DNA of 64,000 bases. Source: Nanohaloarchaea archaeon B1-Br10_U2g21. Lineage in GTDB: Archaea; Nanohalarchaeota; Nanosalinia; Nanosalinales; Nanosalinaceae. Location: the NCBI GenBank assembly GCA_001563915.1, contig LKMP01000001.1, forward strand, positions 1 to 64,000, in the 5' to 3' direction. The notes under the pieces are model-generated. The model was not told the DNA's origin. It worked only from the letters and a program-made list of their open reading frames with translations, and did no database searches. Shown here in pieces: positions 9,097-18,590 of this stretch. Made by a program: the position numbers and the translations under genes. Every line of letters starts with the position of its first letter. Positions within the stretch are counted from its first letter, which is position 1.

Positions 9097-10968
9097 TCAC
9101 TCTACTTCATCTATTTGAGCATTCCAGAGTCTCTCATACTTACCTCCTCTTTCAAGAAGTTGTTCATGACTTCCTTGCTCGACGATCCTACCATTCTCCA
9201 TAACTAGTATCTGATCAGCATTCCTTATGGTAGACAATCTATGAGCAATAGCTAAAGTCGTTTTATCCTCTGTTAAACGTTGGATACTCCTTTGAATCTT
9301 CTTCTCTGTTTCAGTATCAACATCGCTCGTGGCCTCATCAAAAATCAGCATTTTCGGATCCTTCAAAATAGTTCTAGCAATAGTTATGCGCTGACGCTGA
9401 CCTCCCGATAATTTAACACCTCTTTCACCCACACGAGTATCATAACCCTTAGGTAAATCTTCAATAAACTCATGGGCTTCAGCCTTTCTAGCAGCATCAA
9501 TAATCTCATCTTCTGAGGCGCTTCTATCACCATAGGCGATATTATCTTTTATTGTTCCAGAAAACAGGAAGGAAGTCTGACCCACATAACCGATATTCTG
9601 TCTTAAACTTTCAACAGAGGTTTCAGAGATATTCTGACCATCAACTTTTATCTCGCCTGTATCGGGTTTGTAGAAAAGAGGCAGAAGTCTTGCAGTAGTT
9701 GTCTTTCCAGCACCTGTAGGACCTACTAAAGCAACTGTGTCTCCGGGCTCTACAACAAATTTAATATCCTCAAGCACTTTTTCATTAGAATTATATGAAA
9801 AATTAACGTTATCATATTCAACTCTGCCTTCTTCTACCTCTAATTCAGAGTCTCTATCTACTATTACTCGTTTTTCATCCATTAAACCAAATATTCTCTC
9901 TGTTGAAGCCTTAGCTCGTTGATACATATTAATAATCTCTCCAAACTGTGCTACAGGCCAGACAAACTGCTGAGTATACAGAATAAAAGTGACAAATTGT
10001 CCTACCATCAAGGTTCCTGTTAAAGGTCCTGGTGCTTCACCGTTTAGAACCCAAAAACTTCCTACTGCAAATGTTACTACGAAACCAAGACCCGCCAAGA
10101 GTCTGATGGCTGGGAAAAATTTGATCCTTATCTTTATGGCTTCCCAGTTAGTATCGAAATACGCTCTAGAAGACTTTAACACGCGAGAAGACTCATATTC
10201 TTCTGCTGTAAAGGCTTTAATTACTTCAATTCCGCCTAAGTTGTTTTCTAGTCTTGAATTTAGTTTCCCCACTGATGCTCGCATCTTAGCATAGCGTGGT
10301 TGTATCGCCTTCACAAAAAAGTATGTGAAAAAGGCTATCAGCGGCACGGGAACGAGCGCGATAAGAGCTAACTGCCAGTTAATCCAGAAGAGGATCCCGC
10401 CAATCCCTAAAACCATTACTCCAAGTCTAAAGCTTGAGTTCATGCCTTCATTCAAGAAAGTCTCCAATTGATTTACATCGTTAGACATAACTGACATTAA
10501 TTCTCCAGTCTGTTTATTCGCGAAAAACCCTAAGTCTAATTGCTGTAAATGATTGTAGGCATCAGTACGAACATCATGCTGAACGTTCTGTGCGAAAAGA
10601 TTGAATCCCCAATTCCTCCAGTAATGGAAGAAAGCTGCGAGAACAAACGAAAAACCTAAAGCACCGACTAAAAACATTAGCTGGCCTTCTTCGGAAACAG
10701 GCAGCTGAGTTTCAGAAAGCAAAGGTAACGCGTCATATAACTCTTGTTCTTCAGTCAAAACTGTGTCAATAGCGATACCAAGAATTAATGGCGGCATTAA
10801 ATCAAGAAGCCGAGAAAAAATGCTTCCGATAACGCCTACTGCAAAAGCGACTCTATACTTATTCCCATAACCTAGGAAAAGTCGCTTCATCGGATTTTCA
10901 ACGTTCTCTCTAATATTTCCGAATGGATCATCTTCAACATTGCTGTAACGCGAAACATTAGTTGCCAT
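9097..10968 (-). CDS. ABC exporter, fused permease/ATPase (MsbA/MdlB-like)
   Basis: Transmembrane N-domain, Walker A GPTGAGKT, LSGGQRQR signature, Walker B LIFDE and IAHRLST. Confidence 0.95.
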   Translation of the reverse strand: MATNVSRYSNVEDDPFGNIRENVENPMKRLFLGYGNKYRVAFAVGVIGSIFSRLLDLMPPLILGIAIDTVLTEEQELYDALPLLSETQLPVSEEGQLMFLVGALGFSFVLAAFFHYWRNWGFNLFAQNVQHDVRTDAYNHLQQLDLGFFANKQTGELMSVMSNDVNQLETFLNEGMNSSFRLGVMVLGIGGILFWINWQLALIALVPVPLIAFFTYFFVKAIQPRYAKMRASVGKLNSRLENNLGGIEVIKAFTAEEYESSRVLKSSRAYFDTNWEAIKIRIKFFPAIRLLAGLGFVVTFAVGSFWVLNGEAPGPLTGTLMVGQFVTFILYTQQFVWPVAQFGEIINMYQRAKASTERIFGLMDEKRVIVDRDSELEVEEGRVEYDNVNFSYNSNEKVLEDIKFVVEPGDTVALVGPTGAGKTTTARLLPLFYKPDTGEIKVDGQNISETSVESLRQNIGYVGQTSFLFSGTIKDNIAYGDRSASEDEIIDAARKAEAHEFIEDLPKGYDTRVGERGVKLSGGQRQRITIARTILKDPKMLIFDEATSDVDTETEKKIQRSIQRLTEDKTTLAIAHRLSTIRNADQILVMENGRIVEQGSHEQLLERGGKYERLWNAQIDEVE

Positions 10969-11308
10969 TGAACAAGAAAGAAAAGTCCTCGCAAATTTTT
11001 AAAGCAAATCTAGGTCAAATAATACTCTATGATCTAAGTCACAGTTCTTCAGTTTGAACTGGTATATTTCTAGACATTGCTTATTCAGGATAGAAGAATT
11101 AGGTCCTAAAGGCCTTGACAGCCCAGATCTAGAATAACAGTCTGACTTTTGGCCATAAAACAGGCCTGAAACACGTAGCGACTATACGGCGCATTGCGGT
11201 TTCTTTATCAGGTTTCAGACTTCTTATTGTTCGATATCCTCCCAGACATAGTTTCAGTTGCTATTGGCTGTTCGATTTCAGTTTTTCCACATTAAACAGT
11301 TGGTAGTA

Positions 11309-11381
11309 TGCGGAGTCCGGGATTTGAACCCGGGTCACCGGCTTGGAAGGCCGGGGTCTTAGGCCACTGGACCAACTCCGC
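11309..11381 (-). tRNA. tRNA-Gly(TCC)
   Basis: GCGGAGT...CCGGC-CTTCCAA-GCCGG...GGTTCAAATCC...ACTCCGCA cloverleaf. Confidence 0.96.
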
Positions 11382-11520
11382 TTTATTTTTAAAAGGAAGT
11401 CTCTTTGTTAGTGTGAGGTTCTGTGTATGTTTGTTGGTAGTGTTAATTATTAAAAAGGAAGTTCTTAGTATGTAGAGTTTGAAAGAGGACGTGTGTTTTT
11501 GAATCTTTGATTGTATAATT

Positions 11521-11892
11521 GTGTTTATGGATGAGGATGAGTTAAAGGATCAGTTGGTAGAGAAGGCTAAAAGAGTTTTAGATGATCAGTTGACGAGTCG
11601 TGAGAAGATCGAGCAGAGGGCTCTGAAGGATAAAGGTAAAGGCGGTGTCTGGAGTAAGGAAGAGATTGAGTATCTAAAGAATAATCGTAATAGCATGAGT
11701 AATAAGGAACTTGAGAATTTTTTTGTGGAAGATGAGTTCCAAGATGAGGATTGGTCGCCGTTCTCTAGAACTGAAGAGCGTTATATATTACAGAGCTATG
11801 GAACTTCAGATCTTGAGACTATTGCTGAAGGACTTGATAGAACAGTTGAGGAGGTAGAGAAGAAAGTAAGGATGATGGGTCTTGAAATCTAG
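11521..11892 (+). CDS. Hypothetical protein with two Myb/SANT-like repeats
   Basis: WSKEEIEYLKNNRNSMSNKEL and FSRTEERYILQSYGTSDLETIAEGLDRTVEEVEKK. Confidence 0.65.
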   Translation: MFMDEDELKDQLVEKAKRVLDDQLTSREKIEQRALKDKGKGGVWSKEEIEYLKNNRNSMSNKELENFFVEDEFQDEDWSPFSRTEERYILQSYGTSDLETIAEGLDRTVEEVEKKVRMMGLEI

Positions 11893-11913
11893 GTTGGAGG
11901 AGAATAAGGAAAA

Positions 11914-12654
11914 ATGAGTGATATTGTTGACAGAGCGTTAAGCTCTACGAAAGAAGAATTAGCTGGCGAAGACAGAGAAAAGCATATTGTTCGTGCAGTT
12001 AAGATGATGGATAGGGTAGAAGCTTCTATAACTGAAAAAGATGAGGACTTCAAGGAATGGTACTCCCTACACTTTCCAGAACTAGTAGAGGAAATTGATA
12101 ATACGGAACACTTAGTTAAGATTCTTAAGAAAAGTGTAGAGCGTTCAGAACTTGAGTCGTTCAGCGAGCTAGCAGAGAATTCTAAGGGGTCTGCGCTGGG
12201 AGACAGAGAAAAGAAAATGATTGCGTCAGCGGTAGAAAATCTGGATTCTGACTTAGAGTTGAGAGAAGAACTCAACGAATATGTTAGAGAAGCTATGGCT
12301 GAAGAGTCCCAAAATTTGACAAAACTGACAGGCCATGTATTAGGAGCTAAACTGGTTGCATTGGCAGGAGGATTAGAGGAATTAGCGAAGAGTCCTGCGT
12401 CTACAGTACAGATGCTTGGAGCGGAGAAGGCTTTGTTCCGTTATCTTAGAGGCAAAGGTACGCCGCCGAAGCATGGAGTGATCTTTGAGCATCGTTTTGT
12501 GAATCCCTTATCTGAATCGGAGAGAGGTAAGATGGCGCGTTTCATGGCCAATAAAGTTGTGATGGCTGCCCGCCTTGATGTTTACGGCGATAAAGACAAG
12601 GGAGAAGAGTTGTTAGAGGATTGCAGAAAACGTTTTGAAGAGCTGAAGGCATAG
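11914..12654 (+). CDS. nop5: Nop5 (Nop56/58) box C/D RNP protein
   Basis: KEWYSLHFPEL, PASTVQMLGAEKALFR and PPKHGVIF. Confidence 0.95.
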   Translation: MSDIVDRALSSTKEELAGEDREKHIVRAVKMMDRVEASITEKDEDFKEWYSLHFPELVEEIDNTEHLVKILKKSVERSELESFSELAENSKGSALGDREKKMIASAVENLDSDLELREELNEYVREAMAEESQNLTKLTGHVLGAKLVALAGGLEELAKSPASTVQMLGAEKALFRYLRGKGTPPKHGVIFEHRFVNPLSESERGKMARFMANKVVMAARLDVYGDKDKGEELLEDCRKRFEELKA

Positions 12655-12950
12655 TCTTTGTGGTCTGTGCTCCGTAGTCGAAATTGATGATAGCGAGGTT
12701 GCTGCATTTTAAATCTATGAATAGTTTATGATCTTGAGTCTTCAGATCATTTACCGTTTCTATACTTTATTGGCTTGAGATCAGGACCTTCAGGCACATC
12801 GACGCTCACAGACATAATAGGATGAGAAGTGGATATTGCTTCTTTATGATTCTTTGCTTGATGACCAATGCTCAAAATCACTATATAATGCTGTTATATT
12901 AGGGCTAGGAGAAATATACCATTATTAGACTGGCCGCTAATACTTTAGAC

Positions 12951-13598
12951 ATGGAAGAAATTCAACCCGGTATCTACGCGAGTAGGAATAAACTTTTTAC
13001 TGAGAATTTGGAGCCTGGAGAAACGGTGTATGGAGAGGCATTGGTACAGGAAGGCGGTGTTGAGTACCGAAGATGGGTTGAGAACAGGAGCAAGGTAGGT
13101 GCTGCTGTGAAGAAAGGGATGGACATAGAATTGAACAGAGGTGATAATGTTCTCTACTTGGGCGCGGCCTCAGGCACTACGGTCTCGCATTTCTCCGATA
13201 TTCTTACAGATGGAGTGATTGTGGGAGTCGAGTACTCTGATTCTGTTATTAGAGGTCTTGTGGAGTTGGCGGAAATGAGAGATAATGTTGCGCCGGTATT
13301 AGGTAACGCGAGGAATCCTGAGGAGTATGAGGAGTATCTGGGTGAGTATGATTACATTTTTCAGGATATTTCGCAGCGTGATCAGCCAGAGATTTTCTTG
13401 AAGAATGTTCATCGCTATCTGAAAGAAGATGGTATAGGTCTTTTAGCTGTGAAGGCGAGGTCTATTTCTGATTCTAGGTCTGCTGAAGAGATTTTTGAAG
13501 AGGTTAGGGAAAAAGTCTCTGAAGAGCTGAATATTGTTGATGAAGTTGATTTAGCTCCTTTTGAGAAGGATCATATTGTTTTGAAAGTCAGGCTTTAG
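12951..13598 (+). CDS. flpA: Fibrillarin-like 2'-O-methyltransferase
   Basis: VYGE, RSK, VLYLGAASGTTVSHFSD and QDISQRDQ. Confidence 0.96.
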   Translation: MEEIQPGIYASRNKLFTENLEPGETVYGEALVQEGGVEYRRWVENRSKVGAAVKKGMDIELNRGDNVLYLGAASGTTVSHFSDILTDGVIVGVEYSDSVIRGLVELAEMRDNVAPVLGNARNPEEYEEYLGEYDYIFQDISQRDQPEIFLKNVHRYLKEDGIGLLAVKARSISDSRSAEEIFEEVREKVSEELNIVDEVDLAPFEKDHIVLKVRL

Positions 13599-13987
13599 AA
13601 TTCTCTGATTTTGGTGGATGAATAGCCTGGTTTTTCTTTGATTCTAATTACTTGGACACTGTGGTCAGTGGCTTTTTCCGCCATATCCTTCACTTCTTTT
13701 TTAGAGTGGTTCTGGTCGTATCCTAGTGTTATTATGTCAGGATTTATTTCTTGGACAGTGGTGTATATGTTGCCTTCTGATCCTAGATATGCCTCGTCAA
13801 CTACATCTAGACCTCGGACCATTTCAAGCCGTTCTTTTTCGTCAAAGTAAGTTTTCTTGTTTATTCTTGAGTCGCGTGCAAGCACGACCACAAGTCGGTC
13901 ACCGAGTTCTGATGACTTTGCAAGGTAGTGTAGGTGACCGGGATGGAGTATATCAAAGACTCCTTGAGCCATAACAGTTTTTTCCAT
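13595..13987 (-). CDS. ribL: FAD synthase (RibL-like cytidylyltransferase family)
   Basis: GVFDILHPGHLHYL, PDIITLGYDQ and YSSTKI. Confidence 0.85.
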   Translation of the reverse strand: MEKTVMAQGVFDILHPGHLHYLAKSSELGDRLVVVLARDSRINKKTYFDEKERLEMVRGLDVVDEAYLGSEGNIYTTVQEINPDIITLGYDQNHSKKEVKDMAEKATDHSVQVIRIKEKPGYSSTKIREF

Positions 13988-13989
13988 GT

Positions 13990-15807
13990 TTACTCACTAC
14001 CTCTCTGGAATTCTTGTATCTGTTGCCAAGGAGCTCGAGTCTCAATTATTTCGGTGGAATTTTCCAAAAGTTTCTTGTACTTGCTCCATGTATATCGCTT
14101 ATCCATGTAGACAATTATTCCTGTATCAGTTTTCGAACGAATACATCTTCCCGCTGCCTGTGTTGCAGTATTTATAGCGGGATAGGTGTATCCATACTGC
14201 CATCCCTTACCAAATTTATCGTCAAGATAGTCGACTAACGCTTCTGTCTGAAGGCTAGGCCGTCTTAAAGGCAAACCTACAATAAATACAGCTTTCATCA
14301 TTTCTCCAGGGTAGTCGACTCCTTCTCCAAAGCTTCCTGAAGCCACGCCCATCAAGAGCAGACCTTCATTACTTTTATTCTGATAGTCCTCCAGTAATCT
14401 TTGTTTTTGTTTTTTATTCATTGTGCGGTCTTCGGAAAGTATTTTTCTGTCTGTTCTAGGTTCTAAGTTTTCTTTTATCTGATGGAGTAGGTGGTATGAA
14501 GGCATAAACACTGCGGCGTTTCCATCTATATCCTCTAGGCTCTTCGCAATATACCATGCATACTTCTGGATCATCGCCTCATCCCGCTCTTTGTAACGTG
14601 TTGTGACTGTGTTTACTGCTAATTCAATTCGATTTTTACGAGGGAAAGGCGATCCAAACTCAGTAGTGGTATATCTGTCGAGACCTAGAAGGTCGGCATA
14701 CATTTCTTGAGGTTTTAATGTGGCAGACATCAGAACAGAAGCTTTAGAGTCATTCAAAGGTCTTGATGTAGAGATACTAGGATCTAAACAGGAATATTTT
14801 ACTCTAAGCGTTCTATCTGAGCCACTACGGTTTTTTTCTATGCTCCTGAAAAATCCTTTATCAGGCCCTTTCCATCCATCAAGACTTTCCGCTAGTTTAG
14901 CACAATAGCTTTTTTCTTCCTCTTCCATCACTTCTTCTCCTACTGCTTCTAAGTCTATTATAAGTTCTTCAAAGCTATGGAAATTATCGATAGGGTCTTT
15001 AAGATCCGATTCTGTTATTTCTGCTTCGTCATCTTTCAGGCCTAGTTTATCTCTTGCCAGACGATTTATCTCATTTTTGAGCTGCTCCAGGTTCTCTTGT
15101 TCAGGATAGTATCCAAATTTTTCAGTTTCAGTCATTGCGCGCTCAATCAATGGGACGGAGATGGTGTAAGAGTATAGTGAGCGAGTTCTTGAAGGCAGAT
15201 TGTGGGCTTCGTCCACTACCAGTATACAGTCTTCCAAATCTGTCTGAGCCTGTTCTAATATTACCTCTCTTATTGAAGGATGGAATATATGGAAATAGTC
15301 GGCGATAATTATATCTGCTTCTTTACACATATGAAGCGATACAGTGTAAGCGCAGACCTCTTTGCACCTCATCTTCACCTGTTCCGCTCTTAGGTTCTGA
15401 TCCTTCAGTTCTTTTATTTTTGAAAGAGTTTTACTAGATAGTTTACCGTTTTCAAATGTTTCGCTGTGACGAGGGCATTTAGGCCCTTCGGTTGTGACAG
15501 AATCGGCGTCACATAAGTGACTTCTTCCAATCAAGTCCACTGAAACAATATTTTCCTCGTGTCTATCGTTTATCTTTCTTACTGCTTCCAAAGCGATCTC
15601 ATGCTGACTGTGTCGAGGAGTCAAGAAGAATACTTTCCCTCCATTTTCTTTTACATGTTCTAATGCAGGAGTTACTGCTGCAGCGGTTTTACCCAGTCCT
15701 GTCGGTGCATGAGCGATAATAGAACTTGAATCAACTATTGTTTGCTCTATGTTTTCTATCAGTTCACCTTGTTTCTCTCGTTTCTGTTCAAAAGGAAAAA
15801 GCTCCAT
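13990..15807 (-). CDS. xpd: XPD/Rad3-family Fe-S DNA helicase
   Basis: APTGLGKT, four Cys in the Fe-S region, VVDEAH, SATL, EGVDY and QAAGRCIRS. Confidence 0.92.
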   Translation of the reverse strand: MELFPFEQKREKQGELIENIEQTIVDSSSIIAHAPTGLGKTAAAVTPALEHVKENGGKVFFLTPRHSQHEIALEAVRKINDRHEENIVSVDLIGRSHLCDADSVTTEGPKCPRHSETFENGKLSSKTLSKIKELKDQNLRAEQVKMRCKEVCAYTVSLHMCKEADIIIADYFHIFHPSIREVILEQAQTDLEDCILVVDEAHNLPSRTRSLYSYTISVPLIERAMTETEKFGYYPEQENLEQLKNEINRLARDKLGLKDDEAEITESDLKDPIDNFHSFEELIIDLEAVGEEVMEEEEKSYCAKLAESLDGWKGPDKGFFRSIEKNRSGSDRTLRVKYSCLDPSISTSRPLNDSKASVLMSATLKPQEMYADLLGLDRYTTTEFGSPFPRKNRIELAVNTVTTRYKERDEAMIQKYAWYIAKSLEDIDGNAAVFMPSYHLLHQIKENLEPRTDRKILSEDRTMNKKQKQRLLEDYQNKSNEGLLLMGVASGSFGEGVDYPGEMMKAVFIVGLPLRRPSLQTEALVDYLDDKFGKGWQYGYTYPAINTATQAAGRCIRSKTDTGIIVYMDKRYTWSKYKKLLENSTEIIETRAPWQQIQEFQRGSE

Positions 15808-15897
15808 GACGTGTAGTTCTAGGAAGGGTATAAGAGATTTTTAAATCAGGGCTTTGCTGAAAAAACTCTTAATAGTATAGAGGTCTAAATTCTGTGC

Positions 15898-16857
15898 ATG
15901 GGTTGGTATGCGCTTGAAAACATTGAAGAGGCTTTGCAAGAGTCTAAACAAGTTCTTTTCCCATTCGAGTTCAGTACTTGGGCTAAGTTAGCAGTCATCA
16001 TACTTTTCACTGGCTATGTTGCTTTCCCTTCTTTCCCAACAGTTACAAGCCCTAGCGGGGATTTCGATACATCACAGTCTAGTATTGATGAAACAACTAA
16101 TGTGCCTGAGCACTCAACTGATGTCAGTTTTGATACAGTACTTCATGAAGCTATGTTAGATGAAGAAATGGTTACTGGAATGGCGCCTGCGGATGCGATA
16201 GATATAACTCCTTTATTTATCGGTTTCTTTGGGATGTTTGTAGGAATAATATTATTCATGATCTATGTATCTTCGTTGTTTGAGTTCGTACTTTTAAGAT
16301 CTCTAATCGAACAGGATGTAAAAATAATAGATTATGCTTCAGAAAACCTGTGGAATGGTTTTCAATACTTTTTGTATAAATTAGCATTTTTTGCCTTAGT
16401 TGTTCTCGCATTTGTTTCTCTCTTGGTAACGCCTTGGACTGCTATAGGGTTAATACCGTTAGCATTAATTCTATTAGTCGTTAACTGGATAGTTTTCCAC
16501 TTTGGTTTATTGAATATGATTGAAACCGATAAAAATATTGTTTTGGCCTTTAAAGAATCTTTAACTGTTATATCTCAGCAAATAAATCAAGCTGTAGTTT
16601 ATTTGATTGTAAAATGGTTTATAGGTCTAGCTCTTAGTATCATAGCCAGCATATTAATTATAATGATTTTCTTAACTATGTTGATCCCGTTCCTTGTAGT
16701 AGGCTTTTTGGTAGCTCTTATCTCTCCATGGCTTTTAATACCGGTAGGACTATTTTCTGTAGTTGTCCTACTCACAGCAATTATATTTATTGCTGTACCG
16801 TTCAGAGTATATCTCTACACATATATCATACAGGTTTACGGAGACTTTTTCCAGTAA
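15898..16857 (+). CDS. Multi-pass membrane protein, conserved hypothetical
   Basis: Several TM helices; N-terminus YALENIEEAL...LFPF..WAKLA is like haloarchaeal membrane proteins. Confidence 0.8.
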   Translation: MGWYALENIEEALQESKQVLFPFEFSTWAKLAVIILFTGYVAFPSFPTVTSPSGDFDTSQSSIDETTNVPEHSTDVSFDTVLHEAMLDEEMVTGMAPADAIDITPLFIGFFGMFVGIILFMIYVSSLFEFVLLRSLIEQDVKIIDYASENLWNGFQYFLYKLAFFALVVLAFVSLLVTPWTAIGLIPLALILLVVNWIVFHFGLLNMIETDKNIVLAFKESLTVISQQINQAVVYLIVKWFIGLALSIIASILIIMIFLTMLIPFLVVGFLVALISPWLLIPVGLFSVVVLLTAIIFIAVPFRVYLYTYIIQVYGDFFQ

Positions 16858-16858
16858 C

Positions 16859-18010
16859 TTAGAATTCTGCTAGATTTGTTTGAGTAGAAGAAAGCATCTT
16901 ACTTTTATCTAGAATCTGCAAGTAATGGAATCTCATTTCTTGAGAAAGAATATTTTTTATCTCGCTGAACTTTTCTAATACCTTATAATTATCAAAACTA
17001 TTTCGCACAGTTTCTCTGATTACCCATACTCCTAATGGCGCCCAGTACTCAGGCCTAACATCTCTTACAATGAGTACTTTAGACTGTCTATTTATTGAGT
17101 CAAGGTATTCTAGTGCGCCAAGTCTCGCGGCATAATAGGCTCCAGCTGTTTCTTCGGCATAAGTAGTACGGCCGTTGAAATCCTCGTAATTTTGCATTAT
17201 AAAGCTTCTCTTTGTTGCATTCCAAGTGGATCTAGGTCTTTTTAGTTCTAATAGCTCGTATTCCCATTTACCTGGTATCAAGAAGACGTGAAATCGATTA
17301 CCAACATAACTGTTCCGGAAGTAGCGAATCTCTCCTAACTCTTGATTCATCTTAACCTGTCTGGATAGTTTTTTTGAGGCTTGATCATCTACTGCTGTGA
17401 TGCTCCAGCGTGTTGGAACAATTTTACGATTTTCTTCTTCACCTAGCAAGCCTGCTGAGAAAGCATTCTGGAGTTTATAGACTCCTGTTTTGTCCACTAG
17501 CTCTGTCACCGCAGTTTCTGCTTTCAAATCGGTATCGTAATATGCTTTTTCAATTTTTTTGTTGACTGAAGGATTTTCCCCTAATAAAAGATTTTTTAGG
17601 TTAGCTGAGTTAGATACAGGTTTGGCGCGGCCACCCATTCCAAGTTTTGAAGGAGTTTTTTCAAGCTCAATCTCAATATTAACAGGTTTACGCGCCATCG
17701 CAATTTCTTGTTTCTCACTCATCACATGCGAAGAGTTAGAATTAACAAGACTCGTTCTTAGAGAAGCAATCTTCTCAATTCCAAAACCTTTACTATACCA
17801 TGCTTCAGGGCTATCCATCATAGAGGGATCGGAAGGATTAGAAGGAGAAACTACACCCATTTTTACATTAGGGTAGTTGTAGCTTCCTATGAAAACTGAC
17901 TCTGAATAGGCTTGAAACTCTTTCTTATTTATCCGGGTGGGCATTACTGATTCTATTTTTTTCCTTGCTTCTGCTTCAGTCAGGCCTTTTGCAAGTTTGC
18001 CATACCCCAT
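16859..18010 (-). CDS. nreA: NreA DNA repair protein
   Basis: SVFIGSYNYPNV, VPTRWSITAVD, GAYYAARL and YWAPLGVWVIRETVR, with a C-terminal PIP-like QTNLAEF. Confidence 0.92.
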   Translation of the reverse strand: MGYGKLAKGLTEAEARKKIESVMPTRINKKEFQAYSESVFIGSYNYPNVKMGVVSPSNPSDPSMMDSPEAWYSKGFGIEKIASLRTSLVNSNSSHVMSEKQEIAMARKPVNIEIELEKTPSKLGMGGRAKPVSNSANLKNLLLGENPSVNKKIEKAYYDTDLKAETAVTELVDKTGVYKLQNAFSAGLLGEEENRKIVPTRWSITAVDDQASKKLSRQVKMNQELGEIRYFRNSYVGNRFHVFLIPGKWEYELLELKRPRSTWNATKRSFIMQNYEDFNGRTTYAEETAGAYYAARLGALEYLDSINRQSKVLIVRDVRPEYWAPLGVWVIRETVRNSFDNYKVLEKFSEIKNILSQEMRFHYLQILDKSKMLSSTQTNLAEF

Positions 18011-18088
18011 AAAGATTTCTTAGAGGGTTAACTCTTAACCTTCTTTCTGGTACGAAAAAGGTTTAATCGCATCAAGGAAATAAGTTTT

Positions 18089-18589
18089 ATGGACTATAGA
18101 CGGAACTTTTTCTTGACAGTATTTTTACTAGCAGTAGTTACTGGTTCGCTGCTTTACTTAATTTCTTTTGATGAGCTAGAAGGTTTTTCTGAAGCTAAGG
18201 ACATATCTGTATATGAAGACATGCTAATTTTCTCAACACACTGTTTCGAGCTGGAAATGCATGTCTCGGTGTCACAGGCTGAACATATAGAGTTAGCGCT
18301 AACAAGAGCGCGGGCAGAAGCTTTTGATACAGGGAGACCTATGATGTCTGAGTTGACGGCAAAAATAATAGAAACTTCTGATATGGAAATGAAGAGGGTT
18401 GAGATTCATTCTCTTCAAAACAATAGCTATATGGCAGATATTATTTTAACTAACGATGAGCGAATAGATACTAGGCCGTCTGATGCTGTTCTTCTTGCGG
18501 CCGAATTAGATAAACCTGTGTTTTTAAGTGATGAGCTTTTAAGGGAGGAAGGTAGAAATACTTGTTTAGAAGGGTCTCAAAGTATCTAG
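18089..18589 (+). CDS. Bifunctional nuclease (DUF151) domain protein with N-terminal TM anchor
   Basis: QAEHI, RPMMSEL and IDTRPSDAVLLA motifs, preceded by the hydrophobic helix FFLTVFLLAVVTGSLLYLI. Confidence 0.8.
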   Translation: MDYRRNFFLTVFLLAVVTGSLLYLISFDELEGFSEAKDISVYEDMLIFSTHCFELEMHVSVSQAEHIELALTRARAEAFDTGRPMMSELTAKIIETSDMEMKRVEIHSLQNNSYMADIILTNDERIDTRPSDAVLLAAELDKPVFLSDELLREEGRNTCLEGSQSI

Positions 18590-18590
18590 T

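Noticed and set aside
3300-11309. Integrated element at the tRNA-Gly 3' end
   Set aside because: No integrase or transposase, and no duplicate of the tRNA 3' end was found.
12655-12950. Box C/D sRNA or small ORF between nop5 and fibrillarin
   Set aside because: TGATGA occurs twice on the plus strand but without a suitably placed CTGA. The 44-codon minus-strand ORF has no recognisable features.
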